Assembly (NCBI RefSeq): GCF_006345805.1
Contig: NC_043017.1
Location: 19,158,001-19,222,000 of the forward strand
Length of the DNA stretch: 64,000 nucleotides
Origin: Octopus sinensis
Lineage: Eukaryota
Direction of reading: 5' to 3'
Of the stretch, positions 12,978 to 25,620 are shown in pieces (the stretch's first letter is position 1; the number at the start of each line of letters is the position of its first letter). Both the position numbers and the translations under genes were made by a program. The notes under the pieces were generated by a model, which saw only the letters and a list, made by a program, of their open reading frames with translations, did not search any database and had not been told where the DNA came from.

Positions 12978-13122
12978 TAGAATAACGACACGTGTTTCGT
13001 GGCTATATTTAAGAAATGATTATAGTAGTTGAGAAATCACTTCGATATAAATAAAAATATAGTCACTCATCAGGTTCTGTGACTCCTTGTCCCACGTGTC
13101 TGCTCTTGTTCTGGTTATTCTA
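12978..13122 (-). ncRNA. Hammerhead ribozyme-like motif (type I, Penelope/retrozyme-like)
   Basis: Minus strand reads CTGATGA (13073-13067), a 12-bp stem II with one mismatch and a 44-nt loop, GAAAC (12998-12994), ACGT, GTC (12989-12987). Stem I is weak. Confidence 0.55.
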
Positions 13123-14067
13123 TTTTGTCTTTCAAAAAATGGATTAAGCAGAACAGGAGGCGACATATGGGTTAAAGAATCGTTAAAGAGGTTACAGGGA
13201 CAAAGTCCAAACATATAGCGATTGTGTTTAACCCTTTAGCGTTCAGATTACTCTGTCAAATATAATGCTTTTTCATTCACATTGTTTTGAATTAATCCTG
13301 CATTATCTTGTAGTTCTGAGAATTTGATGAGGTGATGGTTTATTTTGAGGATGTCATTGTAGGATATGAGTGAGAGGCCAGATCCGGATGGTTTGAACAT
13401 AAAAGAAGTAGAAAATTTGGGCCGGATATGGCCGGTTTAAAATATGACCACCCCCATGTATAACAATATATATATTTTTCTATACTTATGTATAAATGTA
13501 TGAAAATATGTATGTATACTAAATTCAACTTACGTTGAAAGTCAACAAACAAAGTTTGCTTTAGAAGTGTTGAGATGTATTGAAAGATACAGATAAGGAA
13601 ATAATTTTATTCTCAAATGCTGGATAATGCTAATAATAAAGCATGAACAGGATAAACTATCCATATTTTGCAGAAAAATCTGTGGGCGGCCAGCCACGAG
13701 ACTCAAATTCACATCCATGTGATTATGTGTCAAGTGCTTTACCATTAAATAGATTCTTCTGCAATTTTAGGATATATAAATCTAGCTTCACATGACGCTA
13801 TTGTACAATAGCGTTACTTGATAACCTTCACTTGTGCCTGTGGCATGTAAAAAGTGCCCAGCACACACTGCGAAGTGGTTGTCATGTGGAAGGGGCATCT
13901 GGCTGGAGAAACACTGCTTAAGTAGACACTGGAGATCAAGGCTGCCCTGTGACTCACAAGATCCTGTCAAATCATCTGCTTATGCCAGCATGGGAAAAAA
14001 ATGGAAAACAGGAAAATAGATGTTGTCCTTCAAGAGGAAACAGCTGGGATTTATCCTAACTGCCTAT

Positions 14068-14456
14068 GGATGGAAGCACACTCCGTCGGTTCCGACGACG
14101 AGGGTTCCGGTTGATCCGAATCAACGGAACAGCCTGCTCGTGAAATTAACGTGTAAGTGGCTGAGCACTCCACAGACACGTGTACCCTTGACGTAGTTCT
14201 CGGGGGATATTCAGCGTGACACAGAGAGTGACAAGGCCGGCCCTTTGAAATACAGGTACAACATAAATAGGAAGTATGAGTGTGAGAAAGTTGTGGTGAA
14301 AGAGTACAGCAGGGATCACCACCATCCCTGCCGGAGCCTCGTGGAGCTTTAGGTGTTTTCGCTCAATAAACACTCACAACGCCCGGTCTGGGAATCGAAA
14401 CCGCGATCCTACGACCGCGAGTCCGCTGCCCTAACCACTGGGCCATTGCACCTCCA
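14068..14456 (-). mobile_element. tRNA-derived SINE family C, full length
   Basis: Head GGCCCAGTGGTTAGGGCAGCGG...GGTTTCGATTCC. 12-bp TSD CTAACTGCCTAT at 14056-14067 and 14457-14468. A second copy lies at 46318-46710. Confidence 0.9.
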
Positions 14457-14584
14457 CTAACTGCCTATATCATCATCATTATCATCATTTAATATCTGTT
14501 TGACAGGAGCTGGCCAGCCAGGGAGCTCTCCGGATTTCAAATTGTCTGGTGTGGCATGGTTTCTACAGCTGGATGTCCTTCCTA

Positions 14585-14790
14585 CACATAGGGTGTCCAA
14601 AAATTACCGTTACAATTTGAAAAGTTCAGGAAAAAATTTGTTGTACTGAAGTTGCACTACTTGCATCTAACAGTTATTTCCCACCAAGATGGTGTGCTGC
14701 CCCTTTGGGAGTTGAGTGCTTGAAAGTTTTTTTAGTGAAACTTTCCCAAACCGGTGGATTGGAAGAGGCAGTCCAGTTTAGGTACCTTAT
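14585..14790 (+). mobile_element. Tc1/mariner relic
   Basis: Begins with TIR-like TAGGGTGTCCAAAAA and contains degenerate HQDG and FPNRWIGRG-like coding remnants. Confidence 0.5.
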
Positions 14791-15164
14791 GGACATCCTA
14801 TTTCCATATGTCCATGTGTGTATGTGAATATAAAATGATGCTGGCAATGTCTTCTAAGATGTCCTTTTTGGGTGATTTGAGAGTAATTGACTGCTGTTTC
14901 TAGCATTCTACACAATAATGTACATATCTTTCTCATCTGAGAATCTGACATAATTTAAACTAAGAGGCTTCTTCTGGTTTTCAAATGTGCATTATTTTTA
15001 TCACATGGTATGCACAAATGTGTTACATTTGGAAGCAATGTCCTTGATATTGGGTCACAACTAGTTTCCTTAGATACTGAGGACCTTTTAAACAATCTGT
15101 GCTGTTTGTAATAGAAGTGATATCTGCATTAATACATAGTGCTCAAATGTAATTGAGACAGAGA

Positions 15165-15594
15165 AACATTGATCAGAGAACAAACATCAAATTTGAGTCA
15201 ATGACTTTTTACATAACACCACACCTCAAAACATTTGATCATATATAAATATTACCAATGACCCCCCTCATCAGGATGAACAGGAATCTCAACAAATTAT
15301 TCGTTCATTGCCGAGATGCACTTTAACTCGTAGTAAATGAACATTTTTGACCTTTTTTTTTTGTTTGTTTGAGGGGAGTAAGAAAAATTGTATATACCTT
15401 CTTGATAGGCCGTTCTATATATCTTTATTTTTATTTGCATATATATTTTTTACCTTCTGTGTTTTTTTATATAAATGTATTCTTTATATATTGAAAGGCC
15501 ATGGTAATATTTATATATGATCAAATGTTTTGAGATGTGGTGTTATGTATAAAGTTGTTGACTTGAATTTGATGTTTGTTCTCTGATCAATGTT
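15165..15594. repeat. 93-bp inverted repeat (arms 15165-15257 and 15502-15594)
   Basis: Arms match at 87/93 positions. The right arm abuts a TA run. Confidence 0.9.
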
Positions 15595-15883
15595 ATATAT
15601 ATATATATCTGTAAATGTGATATGTGACATAATATCTATTTACATAATATCGAGGTCTCTTTCATTCTTTTGTTGTCTTACCATTTTTATCAGTATATAT
15701 ATATAAAATTATAAATTAGGGTATCTACTAGATACTACCATGCTGAAAATAGCAGCCATAAACCGACTCTAATTTGTAATTTTAATTATTATTACCTTTG
15801 AAGGTTATTTTTTCCATGCTGACTACTTGATAAGTTCGTTATTTTATTTTAGATTAACGATCTTATCCTTATTTATATAAATA

Positions 15884-16014
15884 CAGGGTGTCCCCAAAAA
15901 ATGTATACACACCTTAAATAATTGTAAATTTGTTATTCTTTGTAAGCCTAGTACTTATTCTATCGTTCTCTTTTGCCGAACCACTATGTGTATACATTTT
16001 TTTGGGACACCCTG
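15884..16014. mobile_element. 131-bp Tc1/mariner-type MITE
   Basis: 28-bp TIRs CAGGGTGTCCC(C/A)AAAAAATGTATACACA with one mismatch, flanked by TA on both sides. Confidence 0.85.
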
Positions 16015-17813
16015 TATATATATATATATATATAGACACACACACATGATGGGCCTCTTTCATTCTTGTCAGGGCTGTAGAAGACACTTGATCAAAGTGC
16101 CACACATTCAGATTGACCCTGAAATAACTCCATAGCTGGGAAGCAAACTCCTTAACCATACAACTACACCTGTGCCATGCCAAGTATCTTTGTCTTGCAA
16201 GTTACTTGGCCACCCTGCTGGTGTTGGTGCCATATAAAAAGCGTCGGTGCTGGTGACACATAAAAAGCACCCAATATACTTTGTGAAGTGGTTGGCATTA
16301 TGAAGGGCATCCAGCTGTAGAAATCCTACCAAAGCAGAAAGCCTGGTGCAGCTCTCTGGCTTCTTAGTTTCTGTCAAACTGTTCAACCTATGCCAGCATA
16401 GAAGAAAGATGTATAATTATATATCATGATAATGATATATAATTCACAAACTTGGTTGTGTAGTTATATGTGTGCGCGTGTGCGTTTTAAGCTTAAAGAA
16501 TAAGTCCTGGCGTCCGTTTGTTCGACTTAAAACCCTTGAAGGCTTGGCTGCTGTCAAATGACTGAAACAAGTAAAAGAAATACACATACACACGCATATA
16601 TATATATGCATACATACATATTTACATATGTATATGCATCCCCGCTGCCATATATGTTCACACACCCACTCACAACTACGTACATTCACAAAAGACGTCT
16701 TTCATTTTTTGTCTTCGACAACTTCCCTCACAAGTCATTGGTTTTGGCTTGCGATGGTAACAAAAAAACAAAAGCAAACACAGACCCTAGGTGCTGCCCA
16801 GTGAGACTGAACCCAAAGCCATGTGGTTGAGAGGCAAACTTCACCGAAACTTCTTATCCGGACAACCATACCTGCATCATTACAAGTTTTTGTGTAATTG
16901 TTTTTTATACACTTAGTTTTGTTTACTTGTTTGTTGTCGTCGTTACCAGATATATTTAATTCATTACGTTTTATCAGTGTTTACATGAAACTTAAACGGA
17001 ATTCATGTGAGCTAAAAGACATTAGGGAATAACCGTTTTCCTTATATTTTTTTAGGTTATCTGATAAAGTACACGAGATAACTAATTAAAAAAAAAAAGC
17101 CAAATAAGTTGTTTTCGCTGTATAACACGTGACCCAAGAAGTGAAAAGTCGTTCAAAAAATATCTAAAAAGGTTTACATTTAAATCTATTCAATGTGAAA
17201 CGATTGTGGCTTTTATATCGGCTGCTCGATGAAAAAGAATTACCAGCCAGCTTTACGATTAGCTGATCGATTTGTTAACTTTATAATAATAACTCGTGTC
17301 ATTTTGCGCACGGTTTTAGTCCTCTGTGTTCACATTTATTCACCAACGTTTTGGCTTTACGTTTGATGTCTCTATTTCTTGAGCTGCATGAAGTAAGGTG
17401 ACCTCTAACTGGTCGCTCCACTTGCTTGACACAACAGCCAAACCACCTGCAAATCAAATCACTTCACTTTTCATTCAGATGAGATATTTGAGAATGTAAT
17501 TTTCTTTCTTTGCTTGAAAAAAGAACAACCAACAAACAAATCAGGTGTTGGTCACATCTGGATTATCTTTTTTGATTAATTGGTTGGATTGATTAATCAA
17601 TGTTAATCTTGGGTTCAGCTTCAGTGTTAGTATCTTTTTATTTATATTTTTGATTTCCTTTTTTCTTTGTATTTGCTCTTATATGTTTCCCCATGCTATC
17701 GTGGGTATATTGGGTTTTTTTCTGTTCATTTGTATAAAAGTGCAAAACATTTTATCATGAGTTATTGCAGCAATAATAATAGTAATAATAATAATAATAA
17801 TAATAACAACAAC

Positions 17814-18153
17814 AACGTGTCTCTAAAAGAAATGGAAAAACTTTCAAAATACAAAGACCTGGAAATACAGGTAACCAGAATGTGGAATCTAAAAACAGAA
17901 ACAATTCCTATCATAGTAGGTGCATTAGGCATGATAAAAAAATATTCAGACAAATACATAACAAAAACACCAGGACTTACAAACACATATAACATACAGA
18001 AAATTGCACCACTAGGCACTGCACACATCCTACGCAGAACACTTTCCATACAGTAACCATCAGAGCATCACAACAAATCACAGCACATACCTAAGGCACA
18101 CAGAGCTGCGCTCAGTAGTGAAGTGAAAGCACGCTATAAAAATAAAACTACTG
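17814..18153 (+). mobile_element. Dong/R4-clade LINE 3' end (REL endonuclease C-terminus plus 3' UTR)
   Basis: Encodes KEMEKLSKYKDLEIQVTRMWNLKTETIPIIVGALG...IQKIAPLGTAHILRRTLSIQ*. It is embedded in (AAT)n. Confidence 0.8.
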
Positions 18154-18184
18154 AATAATAATAATAATAATGATAATAATAATA

Positions 18185-18455
18185 ACTTCAGACAAAGAAC
18201 ATGCCTCTTCATTGATATGACTGTCCCAATCGATATAAACGTATCTGTCAAGACCTGCCAAAAACTGAGCAAATATAAAGATCTTGAAATAGAAATCAGC
18301 AAAATGTAGAACCTGAAAACTAAAACAATACCTATTGTCATAGGTGTGCTGGGAATGATAGTGAAAGGGGCTGATTCCAGATACCAGGAAACCCAAAAAT
18401 GGCAGAAATTCAAAAGATAGTGCTCATAGGAACTGCTCATATCCTACGCAAAATA
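18185..18455 (+). mobile_element. Older Dong/R4-like REL fragment
   Basis: Reads LFIDMTVPIDINVSVKTCQKLSKYKDLEIEISKM*NLKTKTIPIVIGVLG, with stops. Confidence 0.7.
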
Positions 18456-18867
18456 TATAACTGGTACTTATTTCATCGACCCTGAAAGGATGAAAAGCAA
18501 AGTCGACCCTTGTGGAATTTGAACCCAGAACGCAAGTGCAGACGAAGTACTGCTGAGCATTTTGCCTGGTGTACTAGTTTGCCACTTAATAATAATAATA
18601 ATAATAACGATTTCAAATTTTGGCACAAGGCCAGGAATTTTGGCGGAGGATAGTCGATTAACATACATCAACCCCAGTACTAAACTGAAAGGATGAAAGG
18701 CAAATTCAACATCAGCAGAATCTGAACTCAGAACACGAAGACAAATGAAATACTGCCAAGCATATTGCCTGGCGTGCTAATGATTCTGCCACCTCGCTGC
18801 CTCTGTAATAATAATAATAATGATGATGATGATAAAGAGACTATGTTTTTTTGGGGGGTTTTTTGTG

Positions 18868-19080
18868 GTAATTGGTACACTTTGCACAACATCCAAATGA
18901 TATCTTTGGCTGAAGGATATTGGAATTGAGATGTGCATTGGCGACCTGCAGAAAGGTACCATTCCTGTATTCTGCAAGACTCCTAAGAAAAATTCTTAAG
19001 ATTTGAGGAGCCAAGTTGTTACCAAATCTCAAGACAGCATCCCTGCTTAATACAGCATGTAATAGCTTTTGAGTAAGAAT
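18868..19080 (+). mobile_element. Degenerate Dong/R4-like 3' fragment
   Basis: Reads VIGTL...WLKDIGIEMCIGDLQK, homologous to the REL C-terminus, between AAT/GAT runs. Confidence 0.55.
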
Positions 19081-19439
19081 GATGATAACAATACCAATTC
19101 TCTCTACTGTAGGCACAAGGCCTGACAGTTTGGGAGAAGGTTGAATAGTTGATTACATCGACCCTAGTGCATAACTGATACTTATTTTATTGGACCTAAA
19201 AGAACGAAAGTTAAATCCGACCATGGCAACATTTGAACTCAAAACAAAAAGCTGGAAGAATTGCTGCTAAGCATTTCGTCCAGGGTGTAACAACTTTGCC
19301 AGCTCACTACCTTAATAATAATAATAATAATGATAATAACAACAGTAGCATATACAATGAGTTTCTTTGCCCTAGGTGTCAGGAAGACACTCGGTAAGAA
19401 ATGGAAACAAAATTTAAAGAACAAAAACTGATGATGATG

Positions 19440-19474
<35 letters not shown>

Positions 19475-19995
19475 TAACAACAACAACAACAATAATAATA
19501 ATAATCCTTTCTAATATAGGCACAAGGCCTGGAATTTTAGGGGAGGGGATTAGTTGATTACATCGACCCCAGTAATCCACTAGTACTTATTTTCTCAACC
19601 CCAAAAGGAGGAAAGGTAAAGTTGACCATGGCAGAATTTGAACTCAGAAAGTAAAGACAGATGAAATACCGCAAAGCATTTTGCCCAGCGTGCTAACAAT
19701 TCTGCCAGCTCGCCGCCTTAAGCCTTAATAAAAATAATAATAATAACAATAGTGATAATCCTTTCTACTGGAGGCACAAGACCTCAGATTTGTGGGGCAG
19801 GGACCAGTTGATTACATTAGCCCCAGTGTTTTACTGATACTTAATTTACCGACCCTGAAAGAATGAAAGGCAAAGTCAACCACAGTGGAATTTGAACTCA
19901 GAACGTAGAGACAGAAGAAATCTCACTAAGCATTTCACCCAGCGTGCTAATGATTCTGCCAGTTCGCCACCTTAATAATAATAATAATTATAATA

Positions 19996-20305
19996 TTTCA
20001 AAATACAAAGACCTGGAAATACAGGTAACTTGAATGTGGAATCTAAAAACAGAAACAATTCCTATCATAGTAGGCGCATTAGATATGATAAAAGAATATT
20101 CAGACAAATACATAACAAAAACACCAGGACTTACAAACACATAACATACAGAAAATTGCACTACTGGGCACTGCGCACATCCTATGCAAAACACTTTCAA
20201 TACAGTAACCATAAGAGCATCACAGCAAACCACAGCACATACCCAAGGCACATAGAGCTGCGCTTGGTAGTGCAGTGAAAGCACGCTATAAAAATAAAAC
20301 TACTG
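19996..20305 (+). mobile_element. Dong/R4-clade LINE 3' end, second copy of the 17814 subfamily
   Basis: High visible similarity to the corresponding part of 17814-18153, including the 3' UTR ending AAAATAAAACTACTG followed by (AAT)n. Confidence 0.8.
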
Positions 20306-21053
20306 AATAATAATAATAATAATAAAAGTAATGGTTTCAAATTTTGGTACAAGGCCAGCAATTTCAGGGGTTGGGATAAGTGAATTACTTCGACCCTTGT
20401 TGAGCTGGTGCTTATTTTATCTTCCCTGGAGATGAACGGTAAAGTCTACCTTGGTGGACAAAATGCTGCTAAGTATTTTGCCCAGCTTGCTAACAATGCT
20501 ACCAGGTTGCCACCATAACAACAATAACAACAAAATAATACTAGTGCTGTAAAATTTTTCAGGTTATTCTGTTAATATATATCTTATATTTTTATAGTAT
20601 TGTTTCAATTAAATACACAATTCAAATGAAATTTTGATGTGAAATATGAAAATACAAAATGTTGTTCATCCTCTGGGAATTCTTAACGTTATTTTGTCAT
20701 TTTGGTTCATAGAAGAAATGTCAAAGAATTGTCAATGGAACAGACAAAAAAATGTATATAATTGTCTAAAAGTTGTTTTTAACATGTTTGATTTTTATGG
20801 AGAAAATTTCAGCGTTTGAACTGAATATGTTGGTAGATATAGATATATATATATATATTGTGTGTGTGTGTGTGTGACTACTTTCTATTCTATGCAAGTA
20901 TGTGTGTATGGATGTATGTATATAGGTGTAAAAAGGTTGAATGTAGATTTGGCCTTTAATTTGGAAGTTTCCAAAAAAGATTTCTAATGTTGATTCTTCA
21001 TGTTTTGCTCGTAGTTTACAGGTGTAAATTTGTGTATATGAAAATAATACTTG

Positions 21054-21188
21054 TATATGATGTGTGATGAATTTATGGAAAGAAATCCCATAAAACTCTT
21101 TTATTCGCTTTTATATTTTAACAACTTGTCTTCTCTATTTTTAACTAATGATGAGTTTTAGGGGATTTCTCTCCATAAATTCAACACA

Positions 21189-21197
<9 letters not shown>
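21054..21197. repeat. 45-bp inverted repeat (42/45 match, 54-nt loop)
   Basis: 21054-21098 pairs with 21153-21197 and runs into (TA)n. Confidence 0.9.
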
Positions 21198-21238
<41 letters not shown>

Positions 21239-21399
21239 TATAAATCAATAATAATAATAAGGATTATATGAAGTAGTATTAGTATTACCTTTAATTCCTT
21301 TTGAATAACCTGTTTTGAATATCTGTGTGTAAACCATAAACATTTGGTGAAATCCCTTACTAATTACTAATGTACACACACACATGTGCGTATAAGTGC

Positions 21400-21457
<58 letters not shown>

Positions 21458-22053
21458 ATGTATATAAATATATATGATATAGACATATGTGTATGTACAT
21501 GTATCTTTATGTGTGTGTGTATGTGTGTATATATGTATGTGTGTATACATATATGTGTGTATGTATGTATATATATATATATATATATAATGTATGTATA
21601 TATATATATATATATATATTATATTTATATATATATAATTTATATATATTATGTCTATATATATAAATGTATGTATGTATGTATATCTATATATATATAT
21701 TATATATATATATTTATATATATATATATATGTCTATATATATAAATGTATGTATGTATGTATATCTATATATATATATTTATATATATATATGTCTATA
21801 TATATAAATGTATGTATGTATGTATATCTATATATATATATATATGTTATATATATAAAGTATGTATGTATATCTATATATATATATATATATGTCTATA
21901 TATATAAATGTATGTATGTATGTATCTATCTATATTATATATATGTCTATATATATAATGTATGTATGTATGTATATCTATATATATATATATGTCTATA
22001 TATATATTATATATATGTCTATATATATAAATGTATGTATGTATGTATATATC

Positions 22054-22090
<37 letters not shown>

Positions 22091-22196
22091 ATATATGTCT
22101 ATATATTAAATGTATGTATGTATGTATATCTATATATATATATGTCATATATATATATATATTCTATATATATATATGTATGTATATATGTATATC

Positions 22197-22227
<31 letters not shown>

Positions 22228-22444
22228 ATATGTCTATATATATAAATGTAGTATGTATATATATATATAATATATATATATGTCTATATATATAATGTAT
22301 GTATGTATGTATATCTATATATATATATATATATTATTTATATATATATATATATATGTCTATATATATAAATGTATGTATGTATGTATATCTATATATA
22401 TATATATATGTCTATATATATAAATGTATGTATGTATGTATATC

Positions 22445-22476
<32 letters not shown>

Positions 22477-22496
22477 ATATATTATTTATATATTAT

Positions 22497-22533
<37 letters not shown>

Positions 22534-22671
22534 CTATATATATAAATGTATGTATGTATGTATATCTATATAAATGTATGTATGTTATGTATATCTATAT
22601 ATATATATATATATATTATTTATATATATATAATATATATATATATGTCTATATATATAAATGTATGTATG

Positions 22672-22716
<45 letters not shown>

Positions 22717-22871
22717 TATATATATATATATATGTCTATATATATAAATGTATGTATGTATGTATATATATATATATGTCTATATATATAAAGTATGTAT
22801 GTATGTGTATATATATATATATATATAATATATATATATATATGTCTATATATATAAATGTATGTATGTAT

Positions 22872-22922
<51 letters not shown>

Positions 22923-23318
22923 TATATATGTCTTTATATGAAGGCACATGCTCAGTGGTTAGAGCGTCGAGCTTACGATCGTGAGGTTGTGAGCTCGAAT
23001 CCCGGACCGGACTGCGTGTTGTGTTCTTGAGCAAGGCACTTTATTTCACATTGCTCCAGTTCACTCAGCTGTAGAAATGAGTTGCGACGTCACTGGTGCC
23101 AAGCTGTATCGACCTTTGTCTTTCCCTTGGATAACACTGGTGGCGTGGAGAGGGGAGGCTGGTATGCATGGGCGACTGCTGGTCTTCCATAAACAACCTA
23201 GCCCGGACTTGTGTCTAGGAGGGTAACTTTCTAGGTGCAATCCCATGGTCATTCATGACCGAAGGGGGTCTTTACCCTTTATATATGTCTATATAATATA
23301 TATGTAGGTATGTGTATG

Positions 23319-23362
<44 letters not shown>

Positions 23363-23859
23363 ATATATATATATTTATATATATATATATATCTATATTA
23401 TATAAATGTATGTATGTATATATGTATATATATATATATTATATATATATTATGTATATATTTATAATATATATATATATGTAATATATATATATATTTA
23501 TGTATATATTATATATATATATATATATTATGTATATATTTATATATATATAATATATATGTCTATATATATAAATGTATGTATGTGTATGTATATATAT
23601 ATATATATATATTATGTATATATATATATTATTTATATATATATATATTATGTCTATATATATAAATGTATGTATGTATAATGTATATATATATATATAT
23701 TTATGTATATATATATAGTATATATATATAATGTATATATATATAAATGTATGTATGTATGTATATATGTATATATATGTATATATATATAAAATGTATT
23801 TATGTATATATATATGTATATATATGTATATATATATAAATGTTATGTATGTATATATG

Positions 23860-23907
<48 letters not shown>

Positions 23908-24074
23908 GTATATACGTGTATATATATATATGTATGTACGTATATATATATATATATGTATGTATATGTATATATAACGGGAAGCTTTATGAAAATAACA
24001 AAAGACGAAGGCAGGTGGAAAACAAACGAACAATATATGTATATATATATGAATGTATATATGTATATGTATGT

Positions 24075-24105
<31 letters not shown>

Positions 24106-24165
24106 TGTATATATATATGTATGTATATGTATATATGTATATGTATGTATATATATATGAATGTA

Positions 24166-24210
<45 letters not shown>

Positions 24211-24320
24211 GTATATATATGTATGTGTATGTATATATATATGTATGTATGTATATATATATATATGTATATATATGTATGTATATATGTATGGATCTGT
24301 GTGTGTGTGTGTATGTATGT
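21400..24320. repeat. ~2.9-kb (TA)n/(TATG)n satellite with a ~45-50 bp higher-order unit
   Basis: Recurrent unit ATGTCTATATATATAAATGTATGTATGTATGTATATCT(AT)n. It is interrupted by a SINE at ~22940-23280. Confidence 0.9.
22940..23280 (+). mobile_element. tRNA-derived SINE family D inserted in the TA satellite
   Basis: Head GCTCAGTGGTTAGAGCGTCG...GCTCGAATCCC followed by CORE-like GTTCTTGAGCAAGGCACTTTA. Partial copies at ~31510-31650(-) and ~41885-42200. Confidence 0.75.
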
Positions 24321-24807
24321 TTGCTTCTCGTTTTATTTTCCAAATTTCTTCGCCAATGAAGAACGAACCAACTCCATTGGCATTTCAACATCAGCAGAAT
24401 GGAACTGTTTTTTTCTCTATGTATGTGTGTGTATGTATATGCACGTGTATCTGTGCATATGTTTGTACGTACATGTGTATATACATATGTGCACACACAG
24501 GTGGGGCACTGGCATGGGTGCCATTGTATATGTGAATATTACTGTATTTGGTGGCATAAAAGATGCATAAACGTGTTATACATACCCCAACTTCAGCAGC
24601 TCATATTCAGGATGAAAATAGTCTTTAATCCATTAAAGCATGTAATGAAGGAGCGTGGTGGGGCCCTGATTATTTTTTAGTTTTTTTTTCTTTTTTTTTT
24701 TTTTTTTTTGGTAAAAAGTATATCTTATATACCATTAAATAGGGTATATATACAGGGTGATGCAAAAGTCACCAGACCATTTCAAAATATAATATTTTGT
24801 TTATTAA

Positions 24808-25027
24808 CCCTTTTGTTACCATGTTTTTCTTGATATACACTGCTTTTGTTTCGAGTAATTTCGAAAAAAAGAAGAATTTACTGAAATATTTGTTATTAAT
24901 TAAGCTGGTGTTTGAAACATAAATTAACTTGAAATTTTAATGGTAGGCTTTAATTTAAAACGCTTCAAAGGAGGAAGTTTTCATCAAAGAACAAGGGCTG
25001 GTTTCTGGAAGGTTGGCAACAAAAGGG
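24808..25027. mobile_element. piggyBac-type MITE
   Basis: TTAA-CCCTTTTGTTACC ... GGCAACAAAAGGG-TTAA, 220 bp. Confidence 0.75.
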
Positions 25028-25139
25028 TTAAATATTCACATTTATTGTTTTATAAACAATAAACTCTCTTCTTGGAAAATATTTTTAATTAGTTTTGAAA
25101 ATTATGTCCCTCCAACTGGCCATTATTTTGTTCTTGACA

Positions 25140-25620
25140 ATGATTAGCTCTTTCTAAAGAGTGTTCCATCACTATTTGTAATGTTTCTTGGCTTATTCCT
25201 TCAATTTCTTCATCTTAAATTGCTGGATGGGCCAAGGTTTGTTATGGTGGATTCTGTCTCTCAGATATTCCTCCAAGAAAAAGTCTGGAGCCACCAAATC
25301 AGAATGTGAGGGCCAATTGAATTTAGAGTTTCTTGAATCTGGGCAGCATACACTAATCAACCGTATATCTGCTGGCTTCAGTTCCTGCACTAGCTGCACT
25401 TAATACGGGGATAAATTCAGTACCCTTTAAATAGTCTGTAGTGAGCTTTGGTGTATGGGACTGCTGCTGGGATGTTGGAGGCTCTTCTTCAATACTCCAC
25501 TTCACATGCTGAATGTTGTCCTGAGGCCTCCCTGAATGTGGCCTTCACACATATGGTAAATCATTCACAGCCCCATGTTGCTCAAACCACTGGAATTAGT
25601 TGAGTATTGCTTGTTTAGAT
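25140..25620 (-). mobile_element. Mariner-like transposase relic
   Basis: ORF 25193..25399(-) contains WPSHSDLVAPDFFLEEYLRDRIHHNKP, a degenerate WPPRSPDL.P.DFFLWGYLK motif. Confidence 0.65.

Noticed and set aside
14390-14456. tRNA genes at SINE heads (also 22945, 31977, 46640-46710, 47159)
   Set aside because: A/B boxes are present but run into SINE bodies with TSDs and tails, and there is no complete cloverleaf.
21245-24570. Many YI-repeat ORFs up to 279 aa
   Set aside because: They are (TA)n/(TATG)n satellite artefacts.
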